Below are positions 9,289-16,559 of a stretch of 64,000 bases of DNA, one piece after another. A program made the position numbers and the translations under genes. This DNA is from a virus, in IMG/VR virus record IMGVR_UViG_3300047476_001057, positions 1 through 64,000 of that record; one strand, 5' to 3'. The stretch's first letter is position 1. Each line of letters opens with the position of its first letter. Under the pieces are notes generated by a model. That model saw only the letters and a list, made by a program, of their open reading frames with translations, was not told the DNA's origin and ran no database searches.

Positions 9289-9493
9289 ACCTGGTTCCAC
9301 CTACACCCACCCTGTACATATCAGGGGTGATTCTGCCTTTACTTACATACCCTATAAGGGTTATTTTTTTTATACTGAGCAGCTCACATACTTCTTGTTC
9401 TGTGATCCACTCTTCCTGGGTTACTAAAGCTTGTTTTACCAAGCGTTTTAGCTCAAGCCAGTCTTTACGGGGTACAGTTACAAAGTCGGACAT
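9245..9493 (-). CDS. xis: excisionase-like winged-HTH protein
   Basis: WITEQEVCELLSIKKITLIGYVSKGRI...RFY pattern; borders attP. Confidence 0.75.
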   Translation of the reverse strand: MSDFVTVPRKDWLELKRLVKQALVTQEEWITEQEVCELLSIKKITLIGYVSKGRITPDMYRVGVGGTRFYNKQKIMGDNPKF

Positions 9494-9502
9494 ATAACAG
9501 TT

Positions 9503-10045
9503 TTAGGAAAACTTTTTATAAAGACCGGTAAATCTTCCTTCAGCAGCATTAGTGCCTTCAAACTTAGGAATATCAAGTAGCTCAATATTATCTATAAGCT
9601 CACCGTCTTCATTAACTTGCTTACCTTTTCTCAGTATTTCTTTAATAGTAGTCTGAACACCTTCTTCAGACTCTATACTTATAATCAACACTTCTTTTTT
9701 TACGGGAAGCTTTTTCCAGCTAGACATTAGTTCTTCTTTACTGATATTTTTGGTATCAGCTTCACGCAGCCAAGCTTCAGAAGCCCAGGCTACAGCGTTG
9801 ATATCAAATTCTTTTCTTACTTTATCAGCTATCTGAGGAACAACGTCATCTACAAACTCATCTTTGCCTTCTTCAGTATCCATATACTTAGATGGAATAG
9901 GTACATGAACAATTGCACTTTTACCATCTTCTTTGTGCACACCTAGCAAAGTGATAGAGGGGTTTAATCCGCCTGATTCTATAAGGATTTTAGTTATCAG
10001 TTCAAGATAACCATCCTTCATACTGTTATACTCTTCTGTAGTCAT
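9503..10045 (-). CDS. hypothetical protein
   Basis: 180-aa ORF in tight operon. Confidence 0.7.
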   Translation of the reverse strand: MTTEEYNSMKDGYLELITKILIESGGLNPSITLLGVHKEDGKSAIVHVPIPSKYMDTEEGKDEFVDDVVPQIADKVRKEFDINAVAWASEAWLREADTKNISKEELMSSWKKLPVKKEVLIISIESEEGVQTTIKEILRKGKQVNEDGELIDNIELLDIPKFEGTNAAEGRFTGLYKKFS

Positions 10046-10047
10046 AA

Positions 10048-11094
10048 CTAAAATGCTGCGTCATTAAACGCTTTATGTGTCTTCACTGCTGGTTCAAAGA
10101 AGAACAACTGGTTTTCTACGTATGAGTCTTCCTCATCGTTCACCGGTATATGTTCTACTTCTACAAGCAGCTGCGACTTGTTAATAAATTTAGTTATTGT
10201 ACCAACACGCTTTCTTTGTACATACAAACTATCACCTTCATCATATGCACTGAAGTATGCAGGTGCAACCGGTGCATTACGTGCATACTCTGTACGACTG
10301 CCGTCTTCGTTAATACGGAATATGTTGTACATATCAGCCTGATCACCTTGTACGTTGAAGATGTCTTTGAACAAAGCAGGATCCTGCTGGTGGATGTTGA
10401 CTTCTTCCACTACAGCTTTTACCAGGTCCATCGTGATGATCGGAAGTTCTGAGATCATCTTGATAGTGCAGTCACGCAGGTATGTATGAATAAGTTTATC
10501 ATCCACTACTTCCATGATGACGTCAAGGGTCAGGTCTGTGTAAGACTTAATGTAACGGATGCGGCTTGGACGCTGTAGCATATTACGCTCAATGCTTAGT
10601 TCATTAGTAGTGAGCAGAAACATCTTGCGTGTGTCTGTTCTAAATGCTCCATCCATTACAGAAAGCAGAGAGTTGTCGTATTTGTTATAGATTTTCTCGT
10701 ACTCATCTATAAAAATAATTACGTCCTGCTGTATGGAGTTGAGAAAACTTACCAACCCACCATAATGTTTTTGTACCAATATCACGGGTAGGTTAAGCTC
10801 ATTACAAATCAGCTCAGCGGTAACGGTTTTACCAGTGCCTTTCAAACCATTGAGCAGTATACCCATGTTACTAGTAGTGTTGTCCCAGCTTTTCTTTACA
10901 CGTTGTATAAACTCTGTCTCTACGCCATAGATCTTATACGGGAAAGAAAACTTGTCCTGCACATGATCAAGGTAGAAAAACTGATAGGGTTCATTATACT
11001 CCAGGCGGTATACACCTGGTTCAAGTAGTTCTTGTTGATGGCTGATTTCTGATAACCGGTAACTATTACCGGATTTTGACCAAACATTGTTCAT
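10048..11094 (-). CDS. AAA+ ATPase
   Basis: GLKGTGKT Walker A, IFIDEYEK Walker B, TTN sensor 1, RPSRI arginine finger. Confidence 0.92.
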   Translation of the reverse strand: MNNVWSKSGNSYRLSEISHQQELLEPGVYRLEYNEPYQFFYLDHVQDKFSFPYKIYGVETEFIQRVKKSWDNTTSNMGILLNGLKGTGKTVTAELICNELNLPVILVQKHYGGLVSFLNSIQQDVIIFIDEYEKIYNKYDNSLLSVMDGAFRTDTRKMFLLTTNELSIERNMLQRPSRIRYIKSYTDLTLDVIMEVVDDKLIHTYLRDCTIKMISELPIITMDLVKAVVEEVNIHQQDPALFKDIFNVQGDQADMYNIFRINEDGSRTEYARNAPVAPAYFSAYDEGDSLYVQRKRVGTITKFINKSQLLVEVEHIPVNDEEDSYVENQLFFFEPAVKTHKAFNDAAF

Positions 11095-11366
11095 ACGGTG
11101 ATTCTTTGAGTTTCATTATTAAGATGGTCCACTACATTTTGTAGTTGGTCTATATGACCAGGATTGAGTATAAACTCATCCCATGCTCCATACTTGGATG
11201 TATATCCAAAAATATATTTGACACCATACTTTAACCTATACCAAAAAGATCTTTTGATAAGGTGGACGTGTACATATGCTTCTGGTCCATAAAGTGGATC
11301 AGTTGTTTTATAAATCACCATTTGGTGTTCTGTACTGTTACAGGAACAGATTAATATAGACTGCAT
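11091..11366 (-). CDS. hypothetical protein
   Basis: 91-aa ORF overlapping the next start by 4 nt. Confidence 0.65.
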   Translation of the reverse strand: MQSILICSCNSTEHQMVIYKTTDPLYGPEAYVHVHLIKRSFWYRLKYGVKYIFGYTSKYGAWDEFILNPGHIDQLQNVVDHLNNETQRITV

Positions 11367-11640
11367 GTTATTGATTTACAGTTTTGCAATAAGGACACGT
11401 AGGAACGCTTTTCTTGTTCTTAAAAACGGTCTGCGTAAACCGTTTACGACAATTTCTGCAGAGGATCCACTTGGGAATTATTTTCGTCATCATAGACATC
11501 CATGTTACAGTTTTCTCCCTGGCAGCAGGGACCAATATTGTTACCACACACGGTACATTGTATATGACCGTGTACTTCTACTTGATAAGTGGGTCTGTTA
11601 CAAATAGGACAATAGTTCATAAAATATTTTTAATGATTAG

Positions 11641-11675
11641 AAAAAAAGACCCCAGAGTGGAAACCCCAGGGGACG
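11641..11675 (-). terminator. intrinsic terminator downstream of tmRNA
   Basis: GC-rich hairpin followed by T7 on the minus strand. Confidence 0.7.
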
Positions 11676-11707
11676 ATTTATACTCCTTATTCCAGGTTAA
11701 GCTGGTG

Positions 11708-12122
11708 TGGAGGTGGTGGGAATCGAACCCACGTCCAATAAAGAAGACAACAAGTAAAACGTCTCACATGCTTAGTACTGACTATTACTTGTCTACTACC
11801 GTTAAAGTGATAGTACAAGGTTCATCTGCACCGTAAGAGCTGACCGTATTATGGTCCGATCCACCACCTGGTTTTAGCTATCAAGTGTGAAACCAGGAAA
11901 GTCCACTATACTTGCTCTTTCTGTTGCCAAGCCGAGCAGGCTCCGTAGGTTAGGCAGCGATAGCTACTTCACCGAAGAGAGATGCAAGAATTGCATCACC
12001 TTCTGCTACACGGTCAGACTGTGTCATGCCGTTTATTGTTTGCAGTTTGTTTAAGGACCACTTCTACCAAAGGTCCGCATGTTTACTTGCCTCTCGCTCT
12101 ACTGTCGAAACCAGGCACCCCC
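11708..12122 (-). ncRNA. ssrA: transfer-messenger RNA (tmRNA)
   Basis: 5' GGGGGTGCCTGGTTTCGAC; 3' T-arm GTGGG-TTCGATT-CCCAC and CACCTCC-A acceptor with G3:U pair; tag ORF 12030-11950 GMTQSDRVAEGDAILASLFGEVAIAA*. Confidence 0.93.
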
Positions 12123-12125
12123 ATA

Positions 12126-12443
12126 TTAGTGTATCATTGACTTATGCTGTATTACAAAAGCTTCATCAGTGATGAGATGAACTGTTTTGCTTCTGGTGTT
12201 GTACACATTGTAAGCGTTGATTCTTACTTCAGGGAATACACCATACTCTGAATTAACTGTGCGGTATGTATAAGATCTGCCTACAATGTCACCTACGTAT
12301 TCAATAATAGGAGTGCCCATGCAGGTTGCTATCACTTTATCACCTACATCAAATTTGTAAGGGTTTTTAAGATCTGCTACGTCTTGAAAGAGTGTAGCTA
12401 ATAAATCCTTAAGTTCTTGTTGCTGTTCTTTGTTCTTAAACAT
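12126..12443 (-). CDS. hypothetical protein
   Basis: 105-aa ORF ending 3 nt before the tmRNA 5' end. Confidence 0.65.
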   Translation of the reverse strand: MFKNKEQQQELKDLLATLFQDVADLKNPYKFDVGDKVIATCMGTPIIEYVGDIVGRSYTYRTVNSEYGVFPEVRINAYNVYNTRSKTVHLITDEAFVIQHKSMIH

Positions 12444-12473
12444 GTTTGGTCTTTTATGGATTTTAAAAACTGT

Positions 12474-12541
12474 TAACCAGGGCTGGGTTCCAACCAGCGT
12501 TCATACCACAAAGGGGTGCCTATTCTCTTGGCTACCTGGTT
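12474..12541 (-). pseudogene. degenerate tRNA-like element
   Basis: AACCAGG/CCTGGTT acceptor, GCC/GGC D-stem, GCTGG-TTGGAAC-CCAGC T-arm; anticodon and variable region 3-4 nt short and poorly paired. Confidence 0.55.
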
Positions 12542-12944
12542 AATATCTTCTTTTTACTTTCTCTACGCTGTAGTCCCATTCACTGTCACTATCTAGTTTG
12601 AAGTAGTAATGACCACCGCTTTCTGTAGCCCGCAGCCTGTGTGACCACAGTGCAGTCTTCTTGAGTTCATAGATGATGTCTTCATTTCCAGACCAACCAA
12701 GCGTGTGTATCTCTAACAGTCCATCTTCTTCACGGATGGCATCATCATAAGTCCAGATGCTTTTGATGTAGTCTATGAGGCCACGGTAATCCATATACAG
12801 GTGACCGAATTTATATTTGCCCTCATCTTCTATGAGTATGTGCCAGTTCTTTATATAGTCCAACGCTGCCTCTGTAGGATAACCATCTTGGTCCATCAGC
12901 GTGTCAGGATAAGGGAACGATATTGATTCTAAAGTATCAGACAT
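12540..12944 (-). CDS. hypothetical protein
   Basis: 134-aa ORF. Confidence 0.65.
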   Translation of the reverse strand: MSDTLESISFPYPDTLMDQDGYPTEAALDYIKNWHILIEDEGKYKFGHLYMDYRGLIDYIKSIWTYDDAIREEDGLLEIHTLGWSGNEDIIYELKKTALWSHRLRATESGGHYYFKLDSDSEWDYSVEKVKRRY

Positions 12945-12960
12945 ATTATACTGTTTTATT

Positions 12961-13480
12961 GACTGCTCGTCTCCCCTGACAATATTTGAGGTAGCTCAGC
13001 CCTCGAGTCAAGGAGACGGGAGTCATACTCTTGGTTTTATACACAACCAGATTAACCCATGGTGTGATCCGGGGAGCTAAAAATGACACTCTAACTTATC
13101 CAACTTACAAGTGTCGTGGCTGTCCTCTCAGGATGTACATCTCTGTACAGGGCCTTTTTACTGTCATACAGTGAGAGTAAGGAATAGACCGTTTGCACTG
13201 TGACGCCAGATACCAGGTGATCAGCCTGCCGTTAACAAGTAACGATACTTGACCATACGGTTATCATACCGTTTCTCATCGTCTAGATCCAGACTATCCG
13301 TAGATAAGACGGAACGTAAGTTTTAGGAAAGCAGGAGATGGGTGCGTGGACACCTGCTTTTACAACTGGCATTACTATCCGATTAGGTACACCTGTACCC
13401 AGTCCCAGTTAACCTAAGAAGATTACCCGCACTTAGGATTTTGACTACCTTCCTTTCGGTACGTAGCTTGCTCATCCATA
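12961..13480 (-). ncRNA. candidate large structured non-coding RNA
   Basis: About 520 nt without a credible ORF, containing more than 10 perfect or near-perfect stems. Confidence 0.5.
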
Positions 13481-13490
13481 TGCAGGTTTG

Positions 13491-13605
13491 TTGCAGAGGT
13501 GGGATTTCAACCCACGTCCTCCGGGGAATCAACCCAGAACTCTATTCTCGCGGTAAGGATGACGGATTATCAGTTCCGGTCCTCTGCTTTCTGAGCTACT
13601 CTGCA
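13491..13605 (-). tRNA. tRNA-Ile(GAU)-like gene with a hairpin inserted in the D-loop (115 nt)
   Basis: TGCAGAG/CTCTGCA+A acceptor, GCTC/GAGT D-stem, CTGGG-TTGATTC-CCCGG anticodon arm, AGGAC variable loop, GTGGG-TTGAAAT-CCCAC T-arm. Confidence 0.65.
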
Positions 13606-13646
13606 GGATCCATGTTTAAGGCACACGGTAACCAAGCCTATAGCAT

Positions 13647-14393
13647 TTATGCAGACAATGAAAGTTTTTTACGCTCTCTATAGTTGTATACATCCAATAA
13701 CACTTTGACAAAGTCTTCTGCTTTGGGATAGTCAAACAAACTCACATGACGGATCTGCAGTTTAGCCATAAACTTTTCCCAGTTAAAATCTTTACAGTTT
13801 GAAAGATGGATGAGTGCATATACAAAAGCACGTCTATTCCAACCTTTGTAAAAAGTGCTGATTTCTCTGAGGTGAGAAAGCAAGCTTTTAGCTTTGTTTT
13901 CATGCATGACAACAAAAGTTCCCTCTTGAAAACCTCTTTTAGTCATAGAACCAATCTGAGTGTCTTTGAGTGTATACTTGTTTTCTAATATGGAACACAA
14001 TACACCATCTTTAAGCTCAGGAAACTGTTTCTTGTACTTTAAGAAGATTTCATAATTAGGATTACCCTGCTTAGCATGGTATTCTGCAAAATCAGATGCT
14101 ATCCAACCAGATCCGTTGTTATTGAGCTCAAGCATGTCAGAAGCTTTATAACCACTATCTGCTATTGTGTATTTAACAGGAAGTGCTAATGTTTTACATG
14201 CCATATAACGGTGCTGACCATCAATAATATTACCTTTTTGATCAATCAAGACAGCTTGTAAATTGCCGTTAGTTCTTGTGATACTCTCTTTAAGTTTAGT
14301 AAGCTTATGAGGTTTGATAGTTCTGTTCAAAGGATCAAATTTGAACATGGAATAGTCAGTTGTTAATCTGACTTCTGATACTTTTTTATTCAT
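13647..14393 (-). CDS. ParB/Srx N-terminal domain protein
   Basis: NRTIK...LKESI...AVLID...IIDGQHRY motif. Confidence 0.8.
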   Translation of the reverse strand: MNKKVSEVRLTTDYSMFKFDPLNRTIKPHKLTKLKESITRTNGNLQAVLIDQKGNIIDGQHRYMACKTLALPVKYTIADSGYKASDMLELNNNGSGWIASDFAEYHAKQGNPNYEIFLKYKKQFPELKDGVLCSILENKYTLKDTQIGSMTKRGFQEGTFVVMHENKAKSLLSHLREISTFYKGWNRRAFVYALIHLSNCKDFNWEKFMAKLQIRHVSLFDYPKAEDFVKVLLDVYNYRERKKLSLSA

Positions 14394-14665
14394 GATATCA
14401 GTTTTAATGGATTAATGGTTAAAAAATTAAAAAAGATTAGTTGTCTATCCCAGGGACTACGTTCAGTAACGTGGGCAGTCTTAGTGAGTATGAACCGTTC
14501 GTTTGACGGAGCTCTATCATCATGTCGTACTACTGAGTCGGAACTGGTCGGAGGCCGAACAAAACTTAATAGTAGGCTCCTGGGATCAGACAGACTACAT
14601 TGACTCATCGTAACAGACCATGCCCCTGGAGGACTTAGTGGTTTGAAACAATCGGTCAAAGAACT

Positions 14666-14950
14666 TTATTTGAGCAACACAGTTATTCGTGTTGTCATGA
14701 CACCATTAGGTATTCTTCTAATAACACCTTTTTGTTCAAGCAGCTTGAGATTACGTTTTACTGTGGGTGGTGTAATACCTAACTCAGCGGCCATTCTGTT
14801 TACGCTTACAGTTAACTCATTAGTCAGACCATCTGCATATGTAGATAAGTAAGCATACAAAGCTTTTACAGTGGTATTCAGTTCAGGATCAGACATTACA
14901 GCTTTGGATACCATACCAAACCCACCGGCTATCCGTGGATTCTTTTTCAC
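14666..14950 (-). CDS. winged helix-turn-helix DNA-binding protein
   Basis: KALYAYL...SVNRMAAELGITPPTVKRNLKLLEQKGVI signature. Confidence 0.8.
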   Translation of the reverse strand: MKKNPRIAGGFGMVSKAVMSDPELNTTVKALYAYLSTYADGLTNELTVSVNRMAAELGITPPTVKRNLKLLEQKGVIRRIPNGVMTTRITVLLK

Positions 14951-14979
14951 AGAGTTAACTTTTAAAAGTGTAGAACAAA

Positions 14980-15004
14980 TGTAGAACTATTTATGAGTTC
15001 TACA
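14980..15004. promoter_or_regulatory. palindromic operator-like site TGTAGAACT-N7-AGTTCTACA
   Basis: Perfect 9-bp inverted repeat 30 nt upstream of the HTH gene; near-identical site at 61167-61192. Confidence 0.55.
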
Positions 15005-15055
15005 AAGAAATAAAGAAAAAAATTAAGGAGGTAACTAAGTTACCCCCTTGTATTT

Positions 15056-15640
15056 TTAGTCAAAAAGCCCATTTATGAGCCCGTCTACATCAAAACTACT
15101 GTCATTGCTACCCTGAAGAGGAAAACCAACCAGTTGCATGTATTTAGAGAAGTTGTACTTACTCTTTTTTACAAGCTCGATTCTTTGTACTACGTTTTCT
15201 TCTGTCAGTTTACCGTTAACATCATCTTCTATGTCATCATCTTCTTCTCCTTTGGCTTTGTCAGAAGCTTCTTTGAGTTTGTGAAGAAGTTTTAGAAGCT
15301 GAATCTTCATGGCATGTTCAGAATCTTTGTCGTTTTCCATTTGCCACTGCATAAAAGCAGAACCGGCCATTTTGTGATACATGTTAAACTGGAGAAGAGT
15401 AATTTCATACTCTAAAGGATCGTGTGTCATACTAAGCACACGTTCAAGGTCCCCGCTGACGGTTGTCAGTTGTTTGGGAGTCTCATCTCTGCTTGGAAAA
15501 AGCTCTATGCTCTGCAGAGAGTTTGCAAAATGGCAGAAAAAGATTCTTTCTCTGCATGTAATCATAGTTTCACGAGAAACACCTAATGCTCCGTGAATTG
15601 TTTCTTCATGGTGGTTAAACCGATGGTTTTGTAAAATCAT
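15056..15640 (-). CDS. hypothetical protein
   Basis: 194-aa ORF downstream of the array. Confidence 0.7.
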   Translation of the reverse strand: MILQNHRFNHHEETIHGALGVSRETMITCRERIFFCHFANSLQSIELFPSRDETPKQLTTVSGDLERVLSMTHDPLEYEITLLQFNMYHKMAGSAFMQWQMENDKDSEHAMKIQLLKLLHKLKEASDKAKGEEDDDIEDDVNGKLTEENVVQRIELVKKSKYNFSKYMQLVGFPLQGSNDSSFDVDGLINGLFD

Positions 15641-15685
15641 AACTTAAGATTGATGGATGTAAAAAAAAGATCTTATAAACTATAC

Positions 15686-16066
15686 CTGCCTTAACGTAAC
15701 GAGACTTAACTAACCTATACCCACCTTACCATGCCTACCTTAACTGCCGTAACAAAACTCAACGAACCCGTTCTGACGTAACCCCACCTTGCCTCACCTC
15801 AACCGTAACTGCCACACCAAATAACAACACACCGTTACACAACGCATCGTTCCATTCCGTACCCGTAACTGCCGTACTATACCGTAACGCAACACACCGC
15901 ACCGAGCCTCACCTCTCCATGGGGAACCTCCACATACCGTAACTGCCTTACCTGAGCATACCGCAACTTACCAAGCCCCTCCACGCCTTACTTCTCCGGA
16001 ACTGCCTTACCATAACAATGATTACCGTTACCCACCTCATCTTACCCGGCCTCACCACGTCTCACC
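15686..16066 (-). repeat. non-coding array of six units built from G(G/T)Y-NN pentamers, each closed by GGCAG (candidate guide-RNA array)
   Basis: GGCAGTT(A/C)(C/A)GG junctions at plus-strand 15996, 15937, 15863, 15803 and 15738, last GGCAG at 15686; units 65, 59, 74, 60, 65 and 58 nt; 59 of 65 internal pentamers start with G; T8 run downstream at 15661-15668. Confidence 0.9.
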
Positions 16067-16080
16067 GTATCAGGAAAATA

Positions 16081-16554
16081 TTAGTTAAGTGTGTCAATAG
16101 CGGAAGCTATCAACGTAGTAGTTTGAGAGAGTTCTTTGTAAATAGCTAGTTTGTTTTTTAGTATCAAGAGTTCTTTCTTGGTTCTCATCTTGATAAAGTT
16201 GATGTCATCAGGACTGAATGTCTCTATGTTCTTGTACTGGTTACCAGCTGGTGTACTGATCACTTCATATACAGCAATGTTCTTAGGCTGTCCGTCAGAG
16301 ATGATCTTCACCTCAATGTTGTTCAGGATGGTACGAGCCTGCTGTAGTCTGTAATGCTCTGCTGCCACTGAATCATTCCACTCAAACAGAGAATGAAACA
16401 GTGCGTTCTTGGGTCTTGATGCGTTAAGTACATTCTCGGGAGTTAGAGAGCCATAAAGGCCCTCTATTCTCTCGAGTTCTTGTACAGCATCATTGATGTC
16501 AATACCTTTAGCTAAACCTGCTAGCTTCCAGGCGTAATCTTTGATTAACTGCAT
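16081..16554 (-). CDS. partner protein of the RAMP/array locus, function unknown
   Basis: LTPENVLNASRP...FHSLFEWNDSVAAEHYRLQQARTIL motif; starts 5 nt after the RAMP stop and ends 14 nt before the array. Confidence 0.75.
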   Translation of the reverse strand: MQLIKDYAWKLAGLAKGIDINDAVQELERIEGLYGSLTPENVLNASRPKNALFHSLFEWNDSVAAEHYRLQQARTILNNIEVKIISDGQPKNIAVYEVISTPAGNQYKNIETFSPDDINFIKMRTKKELLILKNKLAIYKELSQTTTLIASAIDTLN

Positions 16555-16559
16555 GTCTA

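Noticed and set aside
11414-11836. Track ORF 11414..11836 (+), also 13441..13683 (+) and 27388..27723 (-)
   Set aside because: Antisense overlaps of the tmRNA or tRNA-like genes with non-protein-like composition.
13444-13467. SRP RNA domain IV-like GAAA hairpin
   Set aside because: Lacks the conserved CAGG/AGCA internal loop; treated as part of the larger structured region.
13545-13590. Self-splicing intron in the tRNA-Ile-like gene
   Set aside because: About 40 nt is far too short for a group I or II intron, and I see no bulge-helix-bulge motif.
15686-16066. Canonical CRISPR array, simple microsatellite or peptide-coding repeat
   Set aside because: The constant junction is only about 11 nt and not palindromic, the spacers have an internal 5-nt period, the dinucleotides differ in every unit, and a 5-nt period does not fit codons.
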